From assembly GCA_963700285.1 (NCBI GenBank), contig CAVOXA010000015.1:192001-256000 (forward strand): a DNA stretch of 64,000 nucleotides. The letters are read 5' to 3'. This document shows positions 29,964-40,679 of the stretch, piece by piece. This DNA is from an uncultured Chloroflexia bacterium (GTDB lineage: Bacteria; Chloroflexota; Anaerolineae; JAAYZQ01). A model generated the notes under the pieces. That model was not told the DNA's origin and did not search any database. It worked only from the letters and a program-made list of their open reading frames with translations. Position numbers and translations under genes: made by a program. Position 1 is the first letter of the stretch. Each line of letters starts with the position of its first letter.

Positions 29964-31846
29964 TTGAGTGTGAACGACATTTTGGACCGCATCCTGCCCA
30001 CCGTGACCAAGCCGGCGCGCTACACGGGCGGCGAATGGAATAGCGTGGTGAAGGATTGGGCCGCCTGCGACGTGCGCTGGGCGCTGGCCTTTCCCGACAC
30101 CTACGAGATCGGCATGTCGAACCTGGGCCTGGCCATCCTGTACGACCTGCTCAATCGCCAGGAGGATGTGCTGGCCGAGCGGGTCTATGCGCCCTGGGTG
30201 GACATGGAGGCCGCCATGCGCGCCGCCGGCATTGCCCCTCTTTAGCCTGGAGAGCCGCCGGCCCCTGGCCGAGTTTGACGTCATCGGCTTTAGCCTGCCC
30301 TACGAGCAGCTGTACACCAACCTGCTGAACATGCTCGACCTGGCCGGGCTGCCGGTCCTGGCCGCCGAGCGCGACGAGGGCCATCCCCTGGTCATCGCCG
30401 GCGGCGGGGCGACCTTCAACCCCGAGCCGATGGCCGACTTTGTCGATGCCTTTGTCCTGGGCGATGGCGAGGAGGTGGTCCTCGATATCACGGATGCCGT
30501 CCGCGAGGCCAAGCGCCAGGAGCTCAGCGCGGGAGGCCCTGCTGCGGCGGCTGGCCGAGATCCCGGGCGTGTACGTGCCCCGCTTCTACGAGGTGGCCTA
30601 CCACGCCGATGGGACCGTGGCCGAGGTGCAGGCCCACGGCGCCCGAGGCGCAGATGCCGGTGCGCAAGCGGATCGTGGCCACGCTGCCGCCGCCGGTCAC
30701 GCGCCCGCTGGTGCCCTTCGTCGACACGGTCCACAACCGGGCGGCCATCGAGATCCAGCGGGGCTGCACGCGGGGCTGCCGCTTCTGCCACGCGGGCATG
30801 GTCTACCGCCCCGTGCGCGAGCGGCCCGTGGACGAGGTCCTGGACGCCGTAGACGAGATCGTGGCCAACACCGGCTTTGAGGAGATTGCACTGCTGTCCC
30901 TCAGTTCCAGCGACTATAGCCAGATCGAGACGCTGGTGCGCGAGCTGGTGGCCCGCCACGGCGACCGGCACCTGTCCATCTCGCTGCCCAGCCTGCGCAT
31001 CGAGTCGGTGTCGGTGGACCTGATGGAGCAGTTGCAGGCCACGGGCCGGCGCTCCAGCTTTACCTTTGCCCCCGAGGCGGCCACCGAGCGGCTGCGGGGC
31101 GTCATCAACAAACCGATCGCCGACGAGGACCTGCTGGCCGTGGTCGAGGAGGTCTACAGCCGGGGGTGGAAGACGGTCAAGCTCTACTTCATGATCGGCC
31201 ACCCCACCCAGACGCTGGACGACGTGGCGGCCATCGTCGATCTGGCCGAGCAGGTGCGGGCCGTGGGCCGGCGGGTGCTTGGGCCGCAAGGCCCAGGTGA
31301 ACGTCAGCGTGTCGACATTGGTGCCCAAGCCCCACACGCCCTTCCAGTGGGTGCCCCTGGCCGCCGAGGACGAGGTCCGCGCCCAGCAGGACTATCTGAA
31401 GGAGCACCTGCGCGGGCCGGGCCTCAAGCTGAACTGGAACAACTACCAGGAGACGCTGCTGGAAGCGGTGCTGTCCCGGGGCGACCGGCGGCTGGGCGCG
31501 GTCATCCACCGTGCCTGGCAGTTGGGCGCCCGCTTTGACGGCTGGAGCGACCAGTTCAAGGTCGAGGCCTGGCGGCAGGCCTTCCGCGAGACGGACGTGG
31601 AGGTGGGCTTTTACGCCCGGCGGCACGCGATCCCTGGACGAGGTGTTCCCCTGGGATCACATCGACGCCGGGGTGACCAAGAGATACCTGGCCCGCGACT
31701 ACCAGGCTTCGCTGCGGGGTGAGACTCGCCTCGACTGCCGGGAGCAGTGCTACGCCTGCGGCATCCTGACCGCCTTCCGCGAGGAGCGGGCCGGGCTGCC
31801 CGCGGACGCCTGGGGCTGTCCGCCGATGAGCGTGACCCAGGGATGA
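29964..31846 (+). CDS. TIGR03960-type B12-binding radical SAM protein (several frameshifts, likely assembly errors)
   Basis: KPARYTGGEWN, FPDTYEIGMSNLG, EIQRGCTRGCRFC, TFAPEA, KLYFMIG, PKPHTPFQW spread over five ORF pieces. Confidence 0.85.
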
Positions 31847-31859
31847 GGCATACTGACCG

Positions 31860-32531
31860 ATGACAGATCACGACACCGCAACAGCGGCTGCGCATCACGT
31901 TTGCCAAGGGCGAACCACTCAAGTACATCTCGCACCTGGACCTGGCGCGGACCTGGGAGCGGGTCTTTCGCCGGGCAGGGCTGCCGCTGGCCTATTCGCA
32001 GGGCTTCAATCCCCGTCCCCGCTTCCAGATCGCGGCGGCGCTGCCGGTGGGGGTAACCGGTCGCGTGGAGCTGCTGGACCTGTGGCTGATCGAGTCCCTG
32101 TCCCCGGAGGAGGTGCTGGAGCGGCTGCGGCTTGCCCTGGCCCGTGGACTGGAGGTGCTGGATGCCGTGGAGGTAGACCTGACGGCGCCATCCCTGCAGT
32201 CGCAGATGCGCGCCGCCGACTACCGGGCCGTAGTCTCACAGCCCGGAGCCGGTCGAAGCCATCCGCACCCGCGTACAGGCACTGCTGGAGCTGCCGGCTA
32301 TACCTCGCCAGCGCCAGCACAAGGGCAAGATGGCAGACCTACGACCTGCGGCCCCTGATCCAGAACGTGGCCGTGGAGCCAGGGCAAGGGGGGAGCAGGT
32401 TCTGCTCATGCGCTTGCAGGCCAGTCCCCAGGGCGCTGGCCGCCCCGACGAGGTGCTGGATGCTCTGGGCCTGTCTCTGGCCCCACACACGCCTGGAGCG
32501 CACCAACCTCTGTTTTGAGTTTGACAAATAG
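31860..32531 (+). CDS. TIGR03936-type radical SAM-associated protein (frameshifted)
   Basis: RLRITFAKGEPLKYISHLDL...RRAGLPLAYSQGFNPRPR read across frames; usual partner of the upstream gene. Confidence 0.82.
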   Translation: MTDHDTATAAAHHVCQGRTTQVHLAPGPGADLGAGLSPGRAAAGLFAGLQSPSPLPDRGGAAGGGNRSRGAAGPVADRVPVPGGGAGAAAACPGPWTGGAGCRGGRPDGAIPAVADARRRLPGRSLTARSRSKPSAPAYRHCWSCRLYLASASTRARWQTYDLRPLIQNVAVEPGQGGSRFCSCACRPVPRALAAPTRCWMLWACLWPHTRLERTNLCFEFDK

Positions 32532-32548
32532 ATGAGAGATGGTATAAT
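32521..32548 (+). promoter_or_regulatory. sigma70 promoter of rplU-rpmA-rpmE
   Basis: TTGACA-N16-TATAAT with TG extension. Confidence 0.75.
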
Positions 32549-32653
32549 CAGCTTTCGCAAGGACAGCGGCGGGATCCGTCTGGATCCCTCCGCTTGTTGA
32601 TGTCGCGGCCAACGGTCAGGTGACCCTTGGTTCGCAGTCGGAGGAAAGCCCTC

Positions 32654-32966
32654 ATGTACGCAGTTGTCAAAACAGGTGGCAAACAGTACCGGGTTAGCCC
32701 TGGCGATTCCATCGAGGTGGAAAAGCTGCCCTACGAGGTGGGCGAGCAGAGTCGAGCTGGACAGGTGCTCCTGGTGGTCAATGGGACCGGGGCCAAGATC
32801 GGCCAACCGTTGGTCGAGGGCGCCAAGGTCAAGGCCACGGTGACCCGCCAGGCCAAGGGCCGCAAGGTCATCATCTTCAAGTACCGGCCGAGCAAGCGCT
32901 ATCGCCGCAAGCAAGGGGCATCGACAGCACTACACCCGGCTTCGCATCGACGAGATCGTTGCCTAG
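32654..32966 (+). CDS. rplU: 50S ribosomal protein L21 (indel errors)
   Basis: [14 protein letters not shown]...IEVEKL...KVIIFKY; +1 shift near 32915 restores [14 protein letters not shown]. Confidence 0.93.
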
Positions 32967-33018
32967 GTAGTCGCGCGACGGATGCACTTGCCGGAAAGGC
33001 GATTGAAGGGCTATGAAG

Positions 33019-33286
33019 ATGGCACACAAAAAAGGTGGCGGCAGCAGTCGCAACGGGCGTGACAGCAACTCCAAGCGATTGGGCGTGAAGCGATTTGACG
33101 GTGAGATGGTGACGTCCGGCAGCATCCTGGTCCGGCAGCGAGGTACCAGAGATCAAACCAGGCACCAACGTTGGGCTGGGCCGTGATTACACGATCTTTG
33201 CCACGATTGACGGCTATGTCAAGTTTGAGACGGTTCGCGACAAGCGCAAGCAAGTCAGCGTCTATCCCGAGCGGGTGTCGGCATAG
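33019..33286 (+). CDS. rpmA: 50S ribosomal protein L27 (one indel; missed by the ORF track)
   Basis: [34 protein letters not shown], shift near 33148, then [15 protein letters not shown]. Confidence 0.93.
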
Positions 33287-33298
33287 AGAGGCAAGACG

Positions 33299-33528
33299 AT
33301 GAAAGAGAATATCCATCCCAAGTATTATCCTGAAGCCACGGTATCCTGCGCTTGTGGCAATAGCTGGATCACGGGGGCCACGCAGGAAGAGATCCGAACG
33401 GACGTCTGCTCGGCCTGCCACCCCTTCTTTACGGGTGAGCAGCGCATCGTGGACACGGCCGGCCAGGTCGAACGCTTTATGCGCCGCCTGGAAAGAAGGT
33501 GGAGATCACCGACCAAGAGGAAGCCTAG
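33299..33528 (+). CDS. rpmE: 50S ribosomal protein L31, Zn-binding type (3' end uncertain because of an indel)
   Basis: MKENIHPKY..CACG..CSACHPFFTGEQRIVDTAGQVERF. Confidence 0.93.
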
Positions 33529-33620
33529 CGCGTACCTGCGCAATCAAGGGGCAGAGTGACAACTTTGCCCCTTTTTGATTTGGGTTGGAGCGCGAAAGGG
33601 GCGAAAGAAGGACGGGGAGA

Positions 33621-34205
33621 ATGCGCCAGAGTTACAGCGGTGGTTGGATCGAAGTGGTCTGCGGCAGCATGTTCAGTGGCAAGACCGAGGAACTGATCCG
33701 CCGCATCCGCCGCGCACGCATCGCCAAGCAACAGGTTCAGGTCTTTAAGCCGGCGCTGGACCATCGCTACCATGCCGAGCAGGTGGCGTCACACAATGGG
33801 CTTCAGTGGGAGGCGATACCTGTTGGCAACGCCCGCGAGATCCTGGACCGCCTGGACCCTGAGACGACCGTTGTGGCTGTCGATGAGGCCCAGTTCTTTG
33901 ATTGGGAACTTTCAAAGGTCTGCAACGAACTGGCTGACGGGGGCGTGCGGGTCATCCTGGCCGGACTGGACATGGATTTCCGGGGCGAGCCTTTTGGGCC
34001 CATGCCCCTGCTCATGGCCGAAGCCGAAGAGGTGACCAAACTGCAGGCCATCTGCGTCGTCTGTGGGGCACCGGCCAGCCGTACCCAACGGTTGATCGAT
34101 GGCCGGCCTGCCGCCTATGATGATCCCGTCATTCTCGTTGGCGGCAGCGAGTCATACGAAGCCCGCTGCCGTCACTGCCATCAAGTACCACGAAAACGAG
34201 AGTAA
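33621..34205 (+). CDS. tdk: Thymidine kinase
   Basis: [40 protein letters not shown]. Confidence 0.96.
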   Translation: MRQSYSGGWIEVVCGSMFSGKTEELIRRIRRARIAKQQVQVFKPALDHRYHAEQVASHNGLQWEAIPVGNAREILDRLDPETTVVAVDEAQFFDWELSKVCNELADGGVRVILAGLDMDFRGEPFGPMPLLMAEAEEVTKLQAICVVCGAPASRTQRLIDGRPAAYDDPVILVGGSESYEARCRHCHQVPRKRE

Positions 34206-34332
34206 TAAGGGAGAAGGGCCAAAAACACAAAGAGGCCAGGTGTTTAGGTTGACATCTGGCCTCTTTTCTGTTACAATAACCGTTGCTGCTTGCGGTCTAG
34301 CTTCCCAGGGCACCTGTGAAAGGAGCGGGTAG

Positions 34333-35160
34333 ATGACGCAAAATACGACGCGCACGATTTCGGTCGCCAACCAAAAGGGCGGAGTGGGTAAGACGACCAC
34401 GGTGATCAACCTGGGATTTGCTCTGGCGCAGATGCAGAAAAGGGTACTGGCCGTAGACCTGGATCCTCAGGGAGCCCTCTCGGTGGGCTTGGGTGTAGAC
34501 GGTTATGGGCTGAAGGAAACGGTCTACACAGCACTCATGGATGGCGACTTTCCCATCAACCGCATCATCTATCCGGTCAAGGCCTATTTGGATCTGCTCC
34601 CGGCGAACATCGATCTAGCGTCGGCAGAGATCGAACTGATCGCCGAGGCGCAACGCGAACTGCACCTGCGGCGCATCCTGGAGCCCATTCAGCAGTGGTA
34701 TGACTATATCCTGATCGATTGTCCGCCCAGCTTGGGCCTGCTGACGCTGAATGCTCTCTCGGCCAGCAGAGAGGTGCTTGTCCCCATGCAATGTGAGTAT
34801 TTCGCCATGCGTGGGATCCGGCCGCTGCTGCAAGCCATGGAGCAGGTGAAGGCGCAGCACAATCGTGACCTGGACCTGGGCGGGATCCTGGCCACCATGT
34901 ACTCGACGGGTACCGTTCATTCCCGAGAGGTATTGGATGAAGTGCGCGCCATCTTTGGTGACAAGGTATACGACGTCATTGTTTACAAGAGCATTCGCTT
35001 CGCCGAGGCCTCTGTGGCCAGCCAGTCGATACTGGAATACGCGGCCAACCACAAAGGCGCCGTAGCGTATCGAGAGCTGGCCCAAAAGATCGCTGGCTCG
35101 GAGGGGAGTAGCAAGCCAGCGCCCAAAGGGATCCCCGAGGATTCCCGGTCAGGGCGCTAG
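34333..35160 (+). CDS. ParA/Soj family ATPase (no parB in the window)
   Basis: NQKGGVGKTT, DLDPQG, IDCPPSLG, VPMQCEY. Confidence 0.92.
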   Translation: MTQNTTRTISVANQKGGVGKTTTVINLGFALAQMQKRVLAVDLDPQGALSVGLGVDGYGLKETVYTALMDGDFPINRIIYPVKAYLDLLPANIDLASAEIELIAEAQRELHLRRILEPIQQWYDYILIDCPPSLGLLTLNALSASREVLVPMQCEYFAMRGIRPLLQAMEQVKAQHNRDLDLGGILATMYSTGTVHSREVLDEVRAIFGDKVYDVIVYKSIRFAEASVASQSILEYAANHKGAVAYRELAQKIAGSEGSSKPAPKGIPEDSRSGR

Positions 35161-35240
35161 TGTCCCAACCCCCCGGATCGATTCAAACTACAGAACGATC
35201 CAGGCCAACGGATCTGCTGGAAGTCGAGGGACCTGGATTC

Positions 35241-36599
35241 CTAGTCCCTGGACGCCCTTCTCACCCGCAGGCGAAAGCCACTCACGGCCACGACCTCCAC
35301 GGACTCTCCGCGTGGAAGCGCCTCGTCTGCAGCTTCAGCCTCCCATAGTTCACCCTTGAGTAAAACAGTGCCCTCTGGATCCAGGGGGGTCCGGACCTCG
35401 CCTACTTGACCGATCATGCCCTCACGACCTGTCACGGCCGGCTGTCTCTGGGCAAGGACTGCTTTGCTGACGGCAAAGGCAAAGAACAGGCCCGTCACAG
35501 CAGCCACGGCAACGATGGCGCCGAGCGAAACACGGTAAAGGGGCGAGTTAAAGAGGATCAGCGCCCCGGCGACGAGGGCCACGATGCCGCCCACCGTCAA
35601 CACGCCATGGGTCGGGGCCTTGATGTCTACGACAAAGAGTACGAAGGCCAGCGCGATGAGGATCAAACCGGCATAGTTGACCGGCAGCACACCCAGGGCA
35701 TAGAAGGCCAGAAGCAGGCAGATGGCGCCGACGATCCCTGCCACGTAGCCGCCGGGGCTGGAAAGCTCAAAAAGCAGGGCATTGATGCCCAGCGTCAGCA
35801 GGATAAAGGCGATGGTGGGGTTGGTAATGATGTGCAGGAATTGCTCAACGAAGGTCATGGGTTGTTCCTGGATGGCAGCATCGGCCGTTGCCAGGATCAC
35901 ATCCCGTTGATTGACTTTTACTTCAAAGCCATCCATCTGAGCTAACAAGTCATCCAGATCGTCGGCGACAAAGTCGATCACACCCAGCTCCATGGCCTCA
36001 TCTGCAGTGGCGGCCTTGGCCTCCTCAACGGCCGATTCGGCCCAGGCCACGGCATCCTCACCTCGCCGCTGGGCCAGAGCCCGCGCTTGGGCTTTCAAGT
36101 CTTCCTTTACCTTGGTCTCCAGCGTCTCTCCCAGGTCTTCGCCCTGGCTGCCTACCGGACTGGCAGCGCCAATGGTCGTGCCGGGCGCCATCGCGGCCAC
36201 GTGCGCACCAAGCGTGATCAACGTCCCTGCCGAAGCAGCATAGGCGCCTGGGGGAAAGACATAGACCGCCACCGGTACGTCAGCCTGGAGCAAAGCCTGG
36301 ACGATATCGCTCATCAGGTCGATCTGACCGCCGGGGGTGTCCAACTGGATAACCAGCGCCTCCGCCCTGCCGCGCTCAGCAGTCTGGATGCCGCGCTCGA
36401 TATAGCTGATCATGATGGGAGTAACCGGGCCCTCGATCGTGAGGACATCTACGTGGCCCTCCGAGGCTGTCCGAATCCCAGCATCAGCCTGAGGCGTCTG
36501 GTCTCCATTGGACGTTTCCTGTGCCACGGCGCCACTCACCCCGAGAAGCACCATTGCCAGCCAGGTCAGAATTCCAATCCATTGCATCCTCTTGCGCAT
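35241..36599 (-). CDS. nfeD: NfeD (long form) membrane-bound serine protease
   Basis: LDTPGG, AASAG, IGAASPV, TM region and C-terminal OB fold GELWEA. ATG 36599 with GAGGT RBS. Confidence 0.9.
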   Translation of the reverse strand: MRKRMQWIGILTWLAMVLLGVSGAVAQETSNGDQTPQADAGIRTASEGHVDVLTIEGPVTPIMISYIERGIQTAERGRAEALVIQLDTPGGQIDLMSDIVQALLQADVPVAVYVFPPGAYAASAGTLITLGAHVAAMAPGTTIGAASPVGSQGEDLGETLETKVKEDLKAQARALAQRRGEDAVAWAESAVEEAKAATADEAMELGVIDFVADDLDDLLAQMDGFEVKVNQRDVILATADAAIQEQPMTFVEQFLHIITNPTIAFILLTLGINALLFELSSPGGYVAGIVGAICLLLAFYALGVLPVNYAGLILIALAFVLFVVDIKAPTHGVLTVGGIVALVAGALILFNSPLYRVSLGAIVAVAAVTGLFFAFAVSKAVLAQRQPAVTGREGMIGQVGEVRTPLDPEGTVLLKGELWEAEAADEALPRGESVEVVAVSGFRLRVRRASRD

Positions 36600-36753
36600 G
36601 ACCTCACCAACCCTTCCCAGCCTCCACAGTCCCACTCTCAATACCTGGACATCCATTATACTCCAGTTTCGGGGGAAGAACAACCCCAAAAAACATGAGG
36701 AGGTGTATACAAGTCGCATTCTATTGGAAAACCGGATAGGATACAAGATAAGA

Positions 36754-36799
36754 CAAAAAGCCCCGGTTCTGGCAATCCTGGATTGCCAGAACCGGGGCT
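36754..36799 (-). terminator. Rho-independent terminator after etfA
   Basis: Perfect 20-bp inverted repeat AGCCCCGGTTCTGGCAATCC-T-GGATTGCCAGAACCGGGGCT followed by a T run on the minus strand. Confidence 0.85.
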
Positions 36800-36823
36800 C
36801 CACCTGCTGTTGTTTGCCTTCAT

Positions 36824-37803
36824 TCAGCCAGCAGTGTCTTCGAACTCTTTTTCCAGCAGTGGCACCACCTCGAACAGGTCGCCCACGATGCCATAGTCGG
36901 CCACCTTGAAGATCGGCGCCTCGGGGTCCTTGTTCACAGCGACGATGACCTTGGCTGTTTTCATACCCGCCAGGTGCTGGATGGCGCCCGAGATGCCGCA
37001 GGCGATGTACAGGTTGGGCGTAACCGTCTTGCCGGTCTGGCCCACCTGGTGGGCGTGCTCGATCCAGCCGGCGTCCACCGCCGCGCGCGAGGCGCCCACC
37101 GCCGCGCCCAGTGTCTTGGCCAGGCTGCTGATGGGGGCAAAGCCCTCCGGCACCGGCCACACCCCGCCCGCCGGAGACGATGATGTCGGCCTCGGCTACG
37201 TCGATCTCGCCCTCGCCGGCCCCGACAATGTCCACCACCTTGGCCCGCACGCCATCGGCGACTGCCGCTACCGGCTCCACCGTTGCTGTCGCACCCTCAT
37301 CCGGCTCCAGGGCGTGCAGTACGTTGGATCGTACCGTGGCCATCTGCGGATCGCCGTTCAGCTTTACCTTGGCCAGCGCCTTGCCGGCAAAGATGGGGCG
37401 CGTGGCTAGCAGCCGCCCGCCGTCGATCTCAAGGGCGACACAGTCCGAGGCCAGCCCCACGCCCAGCCGGGCCGCCAGGCGGGGGGCCAGGTCTCGTGCC
37501 CATGGCCGTCGCCCCGATGAGGATGATGGCCGGCTCGACCTTGCCGATAAAGGCCGCCAGGGTGTCGGCATAGCCCTCGCTGGAGTAGGTGGCCAGGGCC
37601 GGATCGTCGGCTACGTAGACCTTGGTCGCGCCGTACTGGGCCAGGATATCGGGCATGTCGCCCAGACCCGAGCCCAGCAGCGCCGCCTCGACGCTGCCCC
37701 CCAGGGCGGCAGCCAGTTCGGCACCCGCACCCAGCATCTCGAAGGCGACCTTTTTCAGGACACCGTCTCGCTGTTCAGCAATGACCAGAACATTGTTTCC
37801 CAT
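36824..37803 (-). CDS. etfA: Electron transfer flavoprotein alpha subunit (frameshifted)
   Basis: [56 protein letters not shown] across three frames. Confidence 0.9.
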
Positions 37804-37813
37804 GATTCGCCTC

Positions 37814-38605
37814 CTAGATGACCTTTGCTTCTTCGCGCAGCAGCCGCACCACCTCTTTGGCCGCTTCGGCGGGCTCGCCTGGGATGATGCGACCAGGCGG
37901 CCGTTCCGGCGGCGGCAGGATCTCGACGACCTCCAGCTTGGCCCCAGCTGCGCCGACGTCTGCCAGCGTCCAGGCCCACGTCGGCCACGGTCCACTGGGT
38001 GAAGGGCTTGCTGCGCGCCTGGCGGATGCCGCGGAAGGAGGGGTAGCGCGGCTCGTTCAGCCCTTTCTGGGCGGTGATGACCGCCGGCAGAGGCAGTCTC
38101 CACGACCTCCTTGCCGCCCTCGATGTCCCGCTCGGCCCGGGCCGATTTGCCATCGGCATGATCTCTAGCTTGCTGACTACCGACACGTGGGGCAGGTCCA
38201 GCATCTCGGCCAGCATGATGCCCACGGCGGCATTGTCCTCGTCGACGGCCTGCTTGCCGCAAAAGACGGCGTCATAGTCGCCCAGCGTGTTGATGGCCGC
38301 TGCCAGTGCTTTGGCCGTGGCGTAGGCATCGCCGCCCAGGAACGCCTCGTCGGACAGGTGATAGACCTCGTCGGCGCCCATGGCCAGGCCCTTGAGGATG
38401 CTCTCCCGCGCCCGCTCCGGCCCCAGGCTAGACCAGCGTCACCTTGCCGCCGTAGCTTTTCCTGCCAGGTGAGGGCCTCCTCCAGGGCAAACTCGTCGTA
38501 GGGATTGACCACGTACTGGATGCCCTCCTCGACGACCTTGCCATCCCGCACCTCGATACGCGTCTCGGTGTCCGGCACTTCTTTCAGACAGACGATTGAG
38601 TTCAT
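37814..38605 (-). CDS. etfB: Electron transfer flavoprotein beta subunit (frameshifted)
   Basis: IVCLKEVPDT, NPYDEFALEEA, MGAD, GKQAVD, NEPRYPS. Confidence 0.9.
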
Positions 38606-38687
38606 GGTCCCTCCTCAAATCTGATTCTACCATAACCCCCACAATCCGTAAAAGCCGCCAATTGCCAAAATCTGCTCCGCCCTGCTT

Positions 38688-40667
38688 TCACAGCAACATC
38701 GCGTCCAACATGGCCAGCGTCTGCTTCTGGGTGAAATGCCCCAGGGTGATGGCTTTCGATGGGCAGGCCACCGAGCAAGCGCCGCAGCCCTTGCACAGTA
38801 CCTCGTTGATGGTCATGACCCCCCGCCAGGGATGTAGATTCAGCGCACTGTAGACGCAGGCCTCCTCACACAGGCCGCAGCCGACACACAGCTCATGGAT
38901 GATGGCGCTGGTGATGGCCTCAACCTTGGCTTTGCCCCGCGACAGGGGGATGAGGGCCGACGAAGCGGCCGCCTTGGCCTGGGACACCGTATCTGGGATA
39001 TCCTTGGGACCCTGGCAGGTGCCCGCTAGAAAGATGCCGTCGCTGGTTGTGTCCACTGGCCGCAGCTTGGGGTGGGCCTCGGCCAGAAAGTCATCGCCCG
39101 TGCAGGACAGCTTGAGCATCTGGGCCACATCCTTCCCGGCAGCGCTGGGCTCCAGGCCGACGGCCAGAACAACCATATCGGCCTCTACCTCCACCGTCCG
39201 GCGCAAGAGCGTGTCCTCGGAGCGGATCACAAGCCTGTCGCCCCGCCGGTAGATCTCTGACGGGTTTCCCCGCCGGTAGCGCGCACCCCGCGCCCGGGCC
39301 CGGTCGTAGAACTCTTCTCCCCCCTTGCTAAAAGCGCGGACATCCATGTAAAAGGCGGTTACCCTCGTCTGAGGCAGTCGTTCCAGGATCACGTTGGCCT
39401 GCTTGGCAGTGTACATGCAGCACACCCGCGAGCAGTACTCGTTGCCCGATCCGTCGGCCGCGCCAGCCTTGTCCCGGGAGCCCACGCAGTGGATGAATAC
39501 CACGTGCTCCGGCTCCTTGTCGGTGCCCGGCACCACAATGCGGCCGCCCGTTGGCCCATTGGCCGCCGCCAGCCGCTCGAACTCCAGCGCAGAGATGACG
39601 CCAGGATAGCGCCCATAACCAAACTCTGGCTTGCGCCGGGGGTCGAAGGGATCGTAACCGGTAGCAATAATGATGCTGCCTACCTTGAAAGTGAGGTCCT
39701 GCTCCCTCTGGTCAAAATCCAGCGCATCCTCGGGGCAGGCCAGGGCGCAAGGTGGCCCCCCCCGGCACTCACCATCTGTGAACAACAGGCAGTGGTCTGG
39801 ATCAACCGTGTATGTGGCTGGCAGCGCCTGGGGGAAGGGCAGGTAGATGGCCGGCCGCTGGCCCAATCCCATCTGGAACTCGTCAGGGATCTGACCCGCC
39901 AGGACGCAGGCTCGGGCGCACTCGCCACAAGACGTGCACTTGACGGGGTCCACGTATCGCGCCTTCCGGCGCACGGTCACCTCAAAATTGCCGATATAGC
40001 CCTCGACCCCCACCACCTCGCTGTAGGCCAGGACCTCCACGTCGGGATGCTCCATGGCCCGAGCCATCTCCGAGACAACCAACGCCCCGGCGTCCTCCAT
40101 CCGGGGGAAGGTCGCGTTGAGCTGGGCCATCCTCCCGCCCAGGCTGGGCTGCCGCTCCACCAGGTAGACCCTATAGCCTGCGTCGGCGATATCCAGCGCG
40201 GCCTCCAGCCCGGCGATGCCGCCGCCAATGACCAGCGCGGCCGGGGTAACCTCCACCTGCCGCTCCTGCAGGGGCTCCAGCAGGGCTGCCTTGGCCACCG
40301 TTCCCGCAACCAGCTCTTTGGCCTTCTCGGTACCGATCTCGCGCTCAGTGTGGACCCACGAACACTGCTCGCGGATGTTGGCCATCTCAAAATAGTAGGG
40401 ATTGACGCCGACCTCTTCGACGGCGGTCCGGAAGGTGGCTTCGTGCATGCGGGGCGAGCAGGAGGCCACGACCACCCGGTTCAGGTCATGGTCGCGGATG
40501 TCCTGCTTGATCATCTCCTGGCCAGGATCGGAGCACATGTACATATAGTCGCGGGCCACGACCACGTGGGGCAGCGCGGCCGCGTATTCGGCCACGGCCT
40601 CCGGGTCCACGGTCGCCGCGATGTTGATCCCGCAGTGACAGATATAGACGCCGATCCTAGACGCCAT
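38688..40667 (-). CDS. hdrA: Heterodisulfide reductase subunit A-like flavoprotein
   Basis: IGVYICHCG, YMCS, CSPRMH, NIREQCSW, GGGIAG, CVGSR..YCSRVCC, C-terminal ferredoxin domain. Confidence 0.92.
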   Translation of the reverse strand: MASRIGVYICHCGINIAATVDPEAVAEYAAALPHVVVARDYMYMCSDPGQEMIKQDIRDHDLNRVVVASCSPRMHEATFRTAVEEVGVNPYYFEMANIREQCSWVHTEREIGTEKAKELVAGTVAKAALLEPLQERQVEVTPAALVIGGGIAGLEAALDIADAGYRVYLVERQPSLGGRMAQLNATFPRMEDAGALVVSEMARAMEHPDVEVLAYSEVVGVEGYIGNFEVTVRRKARYVDPVKCTSCGECARACVLAGQIPDEFQMGLGQRPAIYLPFPQALPATYTVDPDHCLLFTDGECRGGPPCALACPEDALDFDQREQDLTFKVGSIIIATGYDPFDPRRKPEFGYGRYPGVISALEFERLAAANGPTGGRIVVPGTDKEPEHVVFIHCVGSRDKAGAADGSGNEYCSRVCCMYTAKQANVILERLPQTRVTAFYMDVRAFSKGGEEFYDRARARGARYRRGNPSEIYRRGDRLVIRSEDTLLRRTVEVEADMVVLAVGLEPSAAGKDVAQMLKLSCTGDDFLAEAHPKLRPVDTTSDGIFLAGTCQGPKDIPDTVSQAKAAASSALIPLSRGKAKVEAITSAIIHELCVGCGLCEEACVYSALNLHPWRGVMTINEVLCKGCGACSVACPSKAITLGHFTQKQTLAMLDAMLL

Positions 40668-40679
40668 CTTTGCTCCTCA

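Noticed and set aside
32654-33528. Programmed frameshifting or pseudogenisation of ribosomal protein genes
   Set aside because: No consistent slippery motif; indels cluster by region as expected for sequencing error.
35241-37571. 776-aa apparent EtfA-NfeD fusion ORF
   Set aside because: Produced by etfA indels; it reads through a terminator hairpin, and nfeD has its own RBS and ATG at 36599.
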